This document shows positions 1 through 9,183 of a stretch of 64,000 nucleotides of DNA, piece by piece; the stretch's first letter is position 1, and every line of letters starts with the position of its first letter. The stretch is from an uncultured archaeon (lineage in GTDB: Archaea > Asgardarchaeota > Thorarchaeia > Thorarchaeales > Thorarchaeaceae). The stretch covers positions 1 through 64,000 of the forward strand of contig CAYYQL010000002.1 in NCBI GenBank assembly GCA_964473825.1, written 5' to 3'. The position numbers and the translations under genes are program-made. Under the pieces are notes generated by a model that was not told the origin of the DNA, searched no databases, and saw nothing but the letters and a program-made list of their open reading frames with translations.

Positions 1-162
1 GTAGTCTTGCATAATCCGTTTCTTACAATTTGGTGAGTGAACGTCACCTGCAAGAAACTTCTGCGTTCCATCCCTCCCCTGAGAGTATTCAAGACTACGT
101 GTCAGCAAGGAGGAAATCTGACACTTTAACTAGTAAAAGGGGGTATTTTCATTACTTCAGAA

Positions 163-708
163 CTACGAATAGGAGTGTCGTATCAATCGCCCTGCAAGCT
201 CGTAACCCAAATCAAAGACCCAGAGGCCGACTGCTGTAAGCAGAAAGTCAGGCCAGACAAGAGGTAAGAGTATGGCAGAAATCTTCAATGTGAACCTATA
301 CTCAAAGAAGGGGGATAAGACTGACGGATTGCGTCCATCGGCCCAGTTGTTCCCCAGTTCATCCAATACCGAAGCCAAGAAAAGTATGGCAAGTGATGTC
401 AACCATCGGTATAACTCGGTGACAGGAGGAACGCCATGTAACAGCAACGCGAGAGCCATCACAACGAACCCTATTCCAAACTGGGGGCGGTTGACTTTTC
501 CAGAGGCAAGAACGCCAAGGATGATTGAAACCATCAAGACCATATCCGCTTCAGATATGCTCATCAAGAAGCCAAAGAAGAATCCGGAAATCCCAAGTGG
601 AAGCCATGCAGAATCAGATCTGTTAGCCTCATCCAGGAAATCATCTCCTATTTTGAGAGTGAGTCCAGCAAGACAGTATGCCCAGAGTACGACCAATACT
701 TCTAACAT
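163..708 (-). CDS. hypothetical multi-pass membrane protein
   Basis: 181-aa hydrophobic ORF with two K/D-D-x-x-D-like motifs (KIGDDFLDE, VLDELGN). Confidence 0.65.
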   Translation of the reverse strand: MLEVLVVLWAYCLAGLTLKIGDDFLDEANRSDSAWLPLGISGFFFGFLMSISEADMVLMVSIILGVLASGKVNRPQFGIGFVVMALALLLHGVPPVTELYRWLTSLAILFLASVLDELGNNWADGRNPSVLSPFFEYRFTLKISAILLPLVWPDFLLTAVGLWVFDLGYELAGRLIRHSYS

Positions 709-851
709 CAGAATCAGGCTTCTTTCTGTTTGATTGGTGGCTCCTCGGCTTAACTATGATTCGTCCTTGGGATAGACCCTCAGATAGCCAAGATCGTCAT
801 CGGAGCCAACATTAACTACCGATAACATTCTGATAAAACTTGACACACGTA

Positions 852-1136
852 CTATTGGAGTGTGACCGCAGTCCCTATTGCTTGGCCTGGGAGGTTCGTT
901 CTGAATTTGGCTCTCACTGCACCACTGTTACCATGGGGTGCCAAGACCTTACCCAAGAACTCACGGCCGGTTTCCGAAACCCATACAACCTTCTTACCGA
1001 CTAGGGTAGCTGCCTTATTTCGTGATGAGATGCCGTCAAACAGGAGTATCACTTGGTTTGGGTGCTGTAGATGCTTCCCTCTCCGGTAGCTGGTGACCAC
1101 ACCTCTACGGCCTTTAACTATATCACTCTCTGACAT
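852..1136 (-). CDS. rpl35ae: 50S ribosomal protein L35Ae
   Basis: SYRRGKHLQHPNQVIL...GKKVVW...GKVLAPHGNSGAVRAKFRTNLPGQAIG; start trimmed to MSESD. Confidence 0.95.
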   Translation of the reverse strand: MSESDIVKGRRGVVTSYRRGKHLQHPNQVILLFDGISSRNKAATLVGKKVVWVSETGREFLGKVLAPHGNSGAVRAKFRTNLPGQAIGTAVTLQ

Positions 1137-1232
1137 TTTCGGAATTCCCCGTGTAATCAGGTCTCGTTGACGCGCTAGAGACTCCATTTAAGACTTGCTG
1201 AATGAGCTACTCTGTCCCGATGTGGGTTTCTT

Positions 1233-1868
1233 CTAGGCTTCTATACCCGGCCCTTCATCTGCAGAGCCTGACTTAGTATTCTGAACTGCGCTTCGCTTCT
1301 CTATCTCCTCTTCTTTCTCCAAGATAACATCGCGAACCGACCATCCCGTCTTGTCTTGGCGCTGAGCAATCTGAAAGAGCGCAAACCATGTCCTCCCCTT
1401 TGACTCAGATTCCGAGATGAGGAGATCATTGATGATATTTCTTGCCCCTTCCACAAGGTATTCAGAGTTTTCAAGCCGCATCTCAACCCCTCTTCTTGCT
1501 TCAATCAAGTTGTGGACGCGTCTTGCTACAAGTACCGCCCCAACTACTGCTACTGCTGCAACGAGAATGATGAAAGGCAACAGCTCTACTATCATATAGA
1601 TGCTATCAAGAATGAGCGCGTAGATAACCACCGCGGCAATGGCCAACATATTCACAATCAGTGACTCAGATGCAGCTCTTCTTACACTTCCAATTCGCCA
1701 ACTGTAGTATTTGGATAGTGGACCCTTGGGTTCACGGAAATGAGTGATATCTCGTACATAATTATCTCTCGCTTTTCGGACAACGAACATCCAAAGGAAT
1801 TGGAATCCTAATGCGAAAATGATTATGAACAAAACAAAGCTGTCAAGTAACAATTGCATGACTAACAC
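1233..1868 (-). CDS. hypothetical membrane protein (about 3 TM)
   Basis: 211-aa ORF with hydrophobic segments and a charged C-terminus. Confidence 0.6.
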   Translation of the reverse strand: MLVMQLLLDSFVLFIIIFALGFQFLWMFVVRKARDNYVRDITHFREPKGPLSKYYSWRIGSVRRAASESLIVNMLAIAAVVIYALILDSIYMIVELLPFIILVAAVAVVGAVLVARRVHNLIEARRGVEMRLENSEYLVEGARNIINDLLISESESKGRTWFALFQIAQRQDKTGWSVRDVILEKEEEIEKRSAVQNTKSGSADEGPGIEA

Positions 1869-2129
1869 TCATGGACATTGGTTTAAAGCCTATTGAATAC
1901 CGAAACTGTAGTATTACTTTCGGTCTTCTCTCCAAAATGTGGATGTGCTGTCAACAAGACCATTACTTCACGTAATCTTGAACCGTTCTCAGACTGTTCA
2001 TGCCATGGTAATTAGTTACGGAATGCGTGGGTTCGGGTCAGGCCCTCCCGGCGAACACCTGTGCTCACGCTCACTTTTTCATTACAGAATGGTTTATCAT
2101 CTTTCAAATCTGGTTCGACATGAGCGATA

Positions 2130-3056
2130 ATGGTGGATCCTGTAAGTCACATCTCAGTAGAAGTCAATATGTCTGTAGCAGAGATTGTGCGTCAAATGGA
2201 ACGGGTAGGTGTGTTGGGCGCAGGACGAATGGGTAGAGCAACAGATATAGCTGCCCGAATGTTTGAGGATTCCGATTGTTTCACGTATTTATCTATGTCC
2301 GGCCCCATGGTACCGGGCGGAATGCGTTTCTTGATATCCCACTTAGTTCGCGAAGGATTGATTGATGGAATTGTGACTAGTGGTGCCAATATTGTGCATG
2401 ATCTTATCGAGGCTTACAGCGGCAGACACTATCGCGTGCCCCAAGGAAGAAACGACGCGGAGCTGAGGTCTGCAGGGATGGGACGCATTGCAGACATCTT
2501 TGTCAAAGATAAGGACTTTGAGGAATTGGAGGCACGAATCTATCACTTTCTAGATACTCTCAATCAACGAAAGCTGACCGGCCTTGCTCCAAGCGAGTTT
2601 CTATCAGAACTCGGATCCACCCTAACGGATTCTTCATCGATTGTCAGGCAGGCATATCTCAAAGGAGTACCCATCTTCTCACCTGGACTCATGGACTCGA
2701 TGCTCGGATTTCATATGTATACATTCAGCACGACAACCAATTTCTCACTTGACTTTGTCAAGGATCTCCGTATACTAGGAACAATGATAATGGAAGCAAA
2801 AAGGACCGGTGCTATAATGCTAGGTGGCGGACTCACAAAACACTTCACAATGGGAAGTACCATTCTGAAGGGGGGGCTCGACATGGCAGTTCAAATAACA
2901 CTGGATCGACCAGAGGGCGGAAGCCTCGGCGGCGCTCCATTGGTGGAGGGTGTATCTTGGCAGAAAATGCAAAAGAATGCAGATTTTGAAACCGTGATAG
3001 GTGACGCCACAATCCTCTTCCCATTACTTGTAATCGGGGCTCTCAACAGAGAATGA
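2130..3056 (+). CDS. dys: deoxyhypusine synthase
   Basis: SGPMVPGGMR, IVTSGANIVHD, GGGLTKH, GSLGGA..EGVSWQK motifs. Confidence 0.92.
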   Translation: MVDPVSHISVEVNMSVAEIVRQMERVGVLGAGRMGRATDIAARMFEDSDCFTYLSMSGPMVPGGMRFLISHLVREGLIDGIVTSGANIVHDLIEAYSGRHYRVPQGRNDAELRSAGMGRIADIFVKDKDFEELEARIYHFLDTLNQRKLTGLAPSEFLSELGSTLTDSSSIVRQAYLKGVPIFSPGLMDSMLGFHMYTFSTTTNFSLDFVKDLRILGTMIMEAKRTGAIMLGGGLTKHFTMGSTILKGGLDMAVQITLDRPEGGSLGGAPLVEGVSWQKMQKNADFETVIGDATILFPLLVIGALNRE

Positions 3057-3312
3057 GTTGCCCATGCCATGGACATTCCTTGAAGGCAGCATATCAATCC
3101 TGGCACCTTGACGATTTGCTAGAAGACCTGTACAGACAGGCGGTAAGTGATGAACGAGCACATCAATCTCTTCTCATTGAAAACGAAACGAATCGTAAGC
3201 TGTCACTGCTCCATTCAGAGAGCCATGCCAAAATCCTTTTATTCAGACATCAAGGCGTTGCAATGAATCTGGCCACTCAAGGCCATAGACCGATTGACCA
3301 AGGTGAATCAAA

Positions 3313-3858
3313 ATGGGTAAACGACCAGGCCACTGCTACAGAGAACAAAACCGTCCTCCGTATGTGCGCAAGCGGTATATTCACAGGCAGCCAGCCTCCC
3401 GCATCGTATCTTTTGATATGGGAACCACGAACGGGAACTTTGAAGCTGTCCTGTCCTTGGTCGGTCTTGAAACATGTCAGATCCGTCACCAGGCGCTTGA
3501 GGCGGCGAGAATTGCCGCTAACCGATGGTTGCTCAGGAATGCAACACGCCGTAACTATCATCTCCGTGTACGGGTCAAGCCGTTTCACTATCTGCGTGAA
3601 AACAAGATGATTTCAGGTGCTGGCGCAGATCGTGTTCAGGATGGTATGAGAAAGGCATTTGGCAAGGTCATAGGCCTGGCAGCAAGAGTCGATGCTGGAC
3701 AGCCTCTAATGACTGTAAGAGTCAATAGAGAACATATTGGGACAGCCATGAAGGCTCTCAAGAAAGCTGCACCAAAGCTGCCAACTCCATGCAAAGTTGT
3801 ATTTGATGAGATTGATCCTGAGCTAGCCCGCAAGATGGGCTATGGCTATGTTGAATGA
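3313..3858 (+). CDS. rpl10e: 50S ribosomal protein L10e/uL16
   Basis: MGKRPGHCYR, QIRHQALEAARIAANR, RENKMISGAGADRVQDGMRKAFGK. Confidence 0.97.
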   Translation: MGKRPGHCYREQNRPPYVRKRYIHRQPASRIVSFDMGTTNGNFEAVLSLVGLETCQIRHQALEAARIAANRWLLRNATRRNYHLRVRVKPFHYLRENKMISGAGADRVQDGMRKAFGKVIGLAARVDAGQPLMTVRVNREHIGTAMKALKKAAPKLPTPCKVVFDEIDPELARKMGYGYVE

Positions 3859-4604
3859 TTCCTGGATTCTCTTAGGCTCTCCAAGATTTTCCGTATTGTG
3901 CCTATGAGGGTTGTGACTTCGCGTCCGGTGAGATAGGAACGACCCAACAGATTCTCAAATACCTGCTTGACAAGTGGCCTTCTGAAGTCACGGAAAGAAA
4001 CCATGTCAACCAGTTCATTGAAGAATATGGTAGCCTGCTTTTTCTCTGTTCTATTGGCAGGACGGGCAGACGATCGCGAGAAATCTTCCACTTCTGAATA
4101 CTGCACAAACATATGATAGAGGGTCACAGCCACTGCATGACTCAGATTGATGCTCGTATACCTCTCAGAAACAGGAATTGAAAATGCCAGGTCGCAGACG
4201 GCGACTTCTTGATTTGTGAGACCTGAGCTCTCTCGTCCGAATACAAGAGCCACTCTTCCATCTAGTGAGAGCGGGTCTGGGAGTTCGGGCAAGGGAACCA
4301 CCGCTCTTGTTACACTGTGATTCCCACCTATCCGGGCGGTGGCAGCCCATGCAGCGTGAATACCACTCAGAGCTGATTCAAGAGTTTCAAAGATAGTAGC
4401 CGATTCGAGAATCCCAAGGGCATGAACCGAGTAGATCTGCGCATCCTCCTCATTCCGGGGATCTGTGCCCACAATACGGAGATCTGTCACGCCAAAGTTT
4501 GCCATGACTCGGGCGGTGAAACCCACATTGCCTGGAGTTTCAGGTTCAACAAGTACTACTGTAAGTCTGTCAAGTTCAGCTGCCTCACTCGTCATCAAGA
4601 CCAT
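3846..4604 (-). CDS. trmJ: TrmJ/TrmH-family SPOUT tRNA methyltransferase
   Basis: VLVEPETPGNVGFTARVMANFG, VFGRESSGLTNQE, SINLSHAVAV. Confidence 0.9.
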   Translation of the reverse strand: MVLMTSEAAELDRLTVVLVEPETPGNVGFTARVMANFGVTDLRIVGTDPRNEEDAQIYSVHALGILESATIFETLESALSGIHAAWAATARIGGNHSVTRAVVPLPELPDPLSLDGRVALVFGRESSGLTNQEVAVCDLAFSIPVSERYTSINLSHAVAVTLYHMFVQYSEVEDFSRSSARPANRTEKKQATIFFNELVDMVSFRDFRRPLVKQVFENLLGRSYLTGREVTTLIGTIRKILESLRESRNHST

Positions 4605-4617
4605 CTCATCGGCTATA

Positions 4618-5796
4618 TTAACGATGCATCAACTGAAGCACATCACCGTCTTGAAGAGAATAGTTCAGACCCACCTGTCTTCTCTTTATCTTCGACTCTT
4701 TCCGAATAATCACTGCAGCTCTGAATTTCTCCACGAACAGCTCCTTGTGGACCTTCTCCGCAGCATCTTCTACTACCGATCCCTCTGGTAGGACTATGGG
4801 TCTGTCTTCTCTCTTTTTCCCGGGAGTCTTTGTGTAGACACGGAGAATATCGAGATGCTCATACATAGCCCATTTCATCTTGTCAAGATTTTCCTTGCTC
4901 TTGACACTGACTGGAACTATGTGAAACCTCTCACCGTATTTTTCTTGAAGCTCCTTGTATCGTGCCTCGGAATGTGCTGCATCGCCCTTTGTTGCAACCA
5001 TCATAGCGCGGATGTAGGCCACGCTTGAATCAAGAGCATCTTGCAGATGCTCTAGAGTTGCCGGCATCTGAAAACGCACAATCATATTGGTAATCTTCCT
5101 GTCTTTCAGATACTCAATGACTTCGTCTTTCGAGCCCTCATAGTAGTGCGCCCCATAAATCATAAGCCCACCCATTCCTGTTCGCTCTACCCTGACTGCG
5201 CTCCTCTCCCGGTTCAGCCTGATTCTCGCCTTATCAAGTTCTCCCATGATTATGTTCATTTGCCTGTCGATATCCTGGGACAAATCAACAACCAGAGCAA
5301 TGCAATCAGAATTCCGTGCCACTGACAGTGATTGACGGCCGATTGCAGAATTATAGCTCCCCTCAAAAAGACCGGGGAGCTCAACTAACTGGATATTGAT
5401 GTCTTCGAGATGCATCATTGCCGGTGTTGGGATTGGTGTGGAGAGTGGATAGTCCGCCACCGTTAGATCTGCATTTGTCACAGCGTTGACAAGGGCTGAT
5501 TTGCCACTGTTTGTTGCCCCAATGAGGCATATCTGACCGGCACCCTCCTTTCGGATAACGCCCTCCTCTGGGCCTGCGCTGGACTTGCGCTGCCTCTCCT
5601 GCTCCCTCTTCTTTTCTAGTTCGGCCTTTAGTTTGGCAAGCTTCTTGCGATAGTCACCAACCATTCTCTCGGCCCCCTTATGATTGGGAGCGAGTCCAAG
5701 AAGCTTCTCAAGCTCTACTATCCTCTGTTGGAGGTCTTCTGTATCCTCATATATCAGCCGCTGTTTATCGAATTCCGGAGTGACATTGGTTGGCAA
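4618..5796 (-). CDS. DRG-family GTPase with TGS domain
   Basis: PNHKGAE, KEGAGQICLIGATNSGKS, C-terminal TGS domain (RVYTK.PG...DGDVL). Confidence 0.9.
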   Translation of the reverse strand: MPTNVTPEFDKQRLIYEDTEDLQQRIVELEKLLGLAPNHKGAERMVGDYRKKLAKLKAELEKKREQERQRKSSAGPEEGVIRKEGAGQICLIGATNSGKSALVNAVTNADLTVADYPLSTPIPTPAMMHLEDINIQLVELPGLFEGSYNSAIGRQSLSVARNSDCIALVVDLSQDIDRQMNIIMGELDKARIRLNRERSAVRVERTGMGGLMIYGAHYYEGSKDEVIEYLKDRKITNMIVRFQMPATLEHLQDALDSSVAYIRAMMVATKGDAAHSEARYKELQEKYGERFHIVPVSVKSKENLDKMKWAMYEHLDILRVYTKTPGKKREDRPIVLPEGSVVEDAAEKVHKELFVEKFRAAVIIRKESKIKRRQVGLNYSLQDGDVLQLMHR

Positions 5797-5877
5797 TCTA
5801 ACTCATACTCGTAGATAGGCTTTGAATATTTGATATCTTTGTCTGATTCATTATGAAGCTTTCCTAAAGGAGACATC

Positions 5878-6450
5878 TCATGAATAGTCAAAAGCTCTGT
5901 TCAAATCATTGATGAAACGTTCAGGGTGTTTCGTTTTGTGAAGACGCTCGAAAGAAACCTTCTGTGAAAGAGTCTTTGAAAAGCCACCGACTATATACAC
6001 GAAGACACCTTGCGGGTTCAGACTGATTTGGTCGGGGAGAGTGTCTGATGCTTGATCCGCTAAGTACATCGGCCTCTTAGAGAAGGAATCGAGCATATTC
6101 GCCATCGTCCCTTTCTCCAATCTAATCCCATTATCCATGATCTTCTCTTGCCCCAGATCCATTTCGTCAAGATGCTGGGTGGCCTTCATGATGAAGAACG
6201 AGATTGAACGCTCATCCGGTGACACACGCTTCAGCTCATCTCCTGGAAATGTGATAAGCGAAACCAGATTGTCTTCAGACCGGCCCAGCGATATCTCAAC
6301 ATCCCTTCTGAGATCCCTAGAAACAAACAATGATGTATTCACACACCGGCAGGCTGCCACCAAGTTAGCTGGATTCGTCCCTGCTCGGATCTTACTCTTC
6401 TCAATGGGAATTGAATCGAACAGCACCATATATGTCCGCAAATAAACCAT
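5878..6450 (-). CDS. trmY: tRNA (pseudouridine-54-N1) methyltransferase-like protein
   Basis: CRCVNTSLFVSRDLRRDV, LKRVSPDERS. Confidence 0.75.
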   Translation of the reverse strand: MVYLRTYMVLFDSIPIEKSKIRAGTNPANLVAACRCVNTSLFVSRDLRRDVEISLGRSEDNLVSLITFPGDELKRVSPDERSISFFIMKATQHLDEMDLGQEKIMDNGIRLEKGTMANMLDSFSKRPMYLADQASDTLPDQISLNPQGVFVYIVGGFSKTLSQKVSFERLHKTKHPERFINDLNRAFDYS

Positions 6451-6479
6451 CTACCTCTCTAGAACCCGTAGTAGTTCCA

Positions 6480-7823
6480 CTACATGCCGGGCATTCCGGG
6501 AATTCCTGGAAAGCCCCCTCTTCTCCCTCTCCGTTGCTTGCTCATGGCCTTCATCATCTTCTTCATCTGTTCGTACTGCTTCAGAAGCTCTCTGACATCT
6601 TCAGGTTGGACCCCTGCGCCTCGTGCGATACGCCTTATTCGTGATGATTTAATGACTTTTGGATCGTTGAGCTCTTCTTTCGTCATCGAGTTCATGATGA
6701 CCTCAAATTTCCGGAGGTTCTCCTCTTGGAGTTCTGCCACATCATCGGGAAGTTTGTACTGTAGTCCCAGCATCTCCATGACCTTTCCGATCGGACCCAT
6801 CTTCTTCAGCTGCTTCATCTGAACCATCATATCTTTCAGCGTAAACTGGCCCTTCATCAGGCGCATGGCCGCATCTTCATCAACATCTATCTGAGCCTCT
6901 CGGACTTTATCTATGAGACCCTTGATGTCTGACATTCCTAGAAGTCTTCCCGCAAACTTGGTGGGATTAAATGTTTCAATGGCATCCATCCCCTCACCGA
7001 CTCCTATGAACTTGATCGGCGCTCCCGTAGCGGCTACAGCAGATAACGCACCGCCCCCTTTTGCTCCACCATCGAGCTTGGTAACGATTATAGAGCCGAT
7101 GTCGGTGGCCTCCTTGAAAGCAGCAGCCTGGGCACTAGCCTGTTGACCCAAGGTGCCATCAATCACCAAGATGATTTCTTGGGGTTTCACGGCTTTCGCG
7201 ATATCCTTCATTTCTTTTATGAGTCCAGATTCCTCTCTATGCCGACCGGAAGTATCTATGAGAATGAGCTCCACGTCTCTCCTCTTCATCTCCTCCACAC
7301 CCCGCTTGGCGAGTTTGGAGGCATTATCTTCTTTCTCATCCCCGTAGAATGGAACATTAGATTTCTCGGCCAGTTGTTTGAGTTGGTTGTATGCGCCCGG
7401 TCGGAAGTTATCGGCACATATCACTCCGCTACGAATACCCCTCTTCTGATAATATCGGGCAAGCTTACCCACAGTAGTTGTCTTCCCCGAACCCTGTATC
7501 CCAACAAGCATGATAACATTGGGCTGACCCGGATGTATTGTGAGAGGGACTGGCTTCTCCCCCAAGAAGAGGGCAAGATTGTCCCATACAACTCGTACAA
7601 TATGCTCTCGTCTGGATACGCCCCGCGGAAGGCTTTCATCGAGGGCTTGTTCCTCCACCCTCTTAGTTATTGCTAGAACAAGATTCACGTCAACATCCGC
7701 TTGTAACAGTGCTCGCTGAAGGTCCCTGACAAGCTCTTTGACAAGCTCTTCATCAATGACGCTTGCACCGAAGAGCTTCTTCAGTGCGGAATTGAGTGAC
7801 CTTCCCAGACTTTCTAAGACCAA
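6480..7823 (-). CDS. srp54: signal recognition particle 54 kDa protein
   Basis: GIQGSGKTTT, DTSGRH, TKLDGGAKGGGALSA, Met-rich M domain; start placed at TTG (MVLESLG). Confidence 0.97.
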   Translation of the reverse strand: MVLESLGRSLNSALKKLFGASVIDEELVKELVRDLQRALLQADVDVNLVLAITKRVEEQALDESLPRGVSRREHIVRVVWDNLALFLGEKPVPLTIHPGQPNVIMLVGIQGSGKTTTVGKLARYYQKRGIRSGVICADNFRPGAYNQLKQLAEKSNVPFYGDEKEDNASKLAKRGVEEMKRRDVELILIDTSGRHREESGLIKEMKDIAKAVKPQEIILVIDGTLGQQASAQAAAFKEATDIGSIIVTKLDGGAKGGGALSAVAATGAPIKFIGVGEGMDAIETFNPTKFAGRLLGMSDIKGLIDKVREAQIDVDEDAAMRLMKGQFTLKDMMVQMKQLKKMGPIGKVMEMLGLQYKLPDDVAELQEENLRKFEVIMNSMTKEELNDPKVIKSSRIRRIARGAGVQPEDVRELLKQYEQMKKMMKAMSKQRRGRRGGFPGIPGMPGM

Positions 7824-7950
7824 GTCAATATCACCAATCTTACGGTCCTTTGTCAAGCGGTGCACATATCAACTTTCGCCTACCTTTAAACGCTAATTCG
7901 AATGGGAAAGTCTAATACCTTGTTTAGGAGGGGCAAGTCATAGTTCAAAG

Positions 7951-8442
7951 GTGATCTGTTTGGTCAAGAAGAGTGACAAAATCAGGATTGTCAAAATACA
8001 CAATGGAACCGTGATTGATCACATTCGTGCGGGCCATGCACTTGAAGTTCTACAAATCTTGGGGATCTCCGGCAAAGAAGGAAATACGGTCACCTTGGCA
8101 ATGAACATCTCAAGCTCCAGAATCAGTACCAAGGATATTGTGAAGGTTGAAGAGCGGTTCCTTGAGGATGAGGAAGTTGCACGCATAGCTCTTGTAGCAC
8201 CCGAAGCAACAATCAACCTCATCAAGGATGACGAGGTTGTTCGGAAGACCCGCATCAAGCTTCCGTCTACCTTCACTAACATAGTCCAATGTCCTAATAC
8301 GCGATGTATAACCAATAAGGAACGTGAGCCAATAGAACCCAAGTACCAGGTTGTTTCAATGTCGCCGATACGAATCAAATGCCTGTATTGCTGGACCTTA
8401 CTAGATGAGCATGAGATTGTAGAGCAGTTCACAGCGAACTGA
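7951..8442 (+). CDS. pyrI: aspartate carbamoyltransferase regulatory subunit
   Basis: NGTVIDHI, KDIVKVE, CPNTRCIT, CLYC. Confidence 0.95.
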   Translation: MICLVKKSDKIRIVKIHNGTVIDHIRAGHALEVLQILGISGKEGNTVTLAMNISSSRISTKDIVKVEERFLEDEEVARIALVAPEATINLIKDDEVVRKTRIKLPSTFTNIVQCPNTRCITNKEREPIEPKYQVVSMSPIRIKCLYCWTLLDEHEIVEQFTAN

Positions 8443-8619
8443 GGTTATCAGATCCAGGATATTATCTGGAAACCTCGAGTGAACAATGTCCATGGTATAG
8501 CTTGTGCTCTGACTGTAAGGTACAGAAGAGAGAGCCTATATGCTATGCTAACAGAAGATATAAACGGGTCAGTTAGGAAGAGAGAATAGATTCGCAGAAG
8601 CCCTAGGAGAAGTAAAGAG

Positions 8620-8988
8620 ATGGTTGATGAATCAAAAATCAAAACCATAGTTGCCGATACAATGGCTGCAAATGCAGACATTCAAGGTATGATTGTATGT
8701 GACGCTGAGGGAAATGTTGTTTTTGGCCATACAATCACTGGCGATATCAAACACGGCGAAGTTGCCAATCTGGCGGTCAACATAGCCTCAAATTCGGCAC
8801 AAATGGTTAGCGGGCTCGATAAGGGGGGCCTAAACGAGATAGCAATAGCAGCTGACAAAGGACTTGTCATTATCCTCGGTGATGTCAAACTGGTTCTTGC
8901 AGCAATAGCTGGAGAGAACGCTCGGGAATCCATGGGTCTAATCAGAATGGCCGTCAAACGGGCGCTAGTCAACATGCTAACAGAATAA
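8620..8988 (+). CDS. roadblock/LC7 domain protein
   Basis: 122 aa; IQGMIVCDAEGNVV...GGLNEIAI...MGLIRM pattern. Confidence 0.75.
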   Translation: MVDESKIKTIVADTMAANADIQGMIVCDAEGNVVFGHTITGDIKHGEVANLAVNIASNSAQMVSGLDKGGLNEIAIAADKGLVIILGDVKLVLAAIAGENARESMGLIRMAVKRALVNMLTE

Positions 8989-9183
8989 GAAGTCAGACAG
9001 AGCTACCTTTTTGTAGCTAACAATAGTAGCACGACGCAATCGAGATTATACCTCGACGAGCCCCAAAGTAATACTTAGGTATTACCAAGTGTATTTAGGA
9101 GTCTGTATCCTCCTAGTGATATAGAAACAGAAGCTCACAGTGTATATTGCTGATGTAAGAATGGTCATGGATGGGAAGGTGTC

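Noticed and set aside
3053-3610. 185-aa ORF overlapping rpl10e
   Set aside because: It overlaps a conserved gene out of frame and has no recognisable motif.
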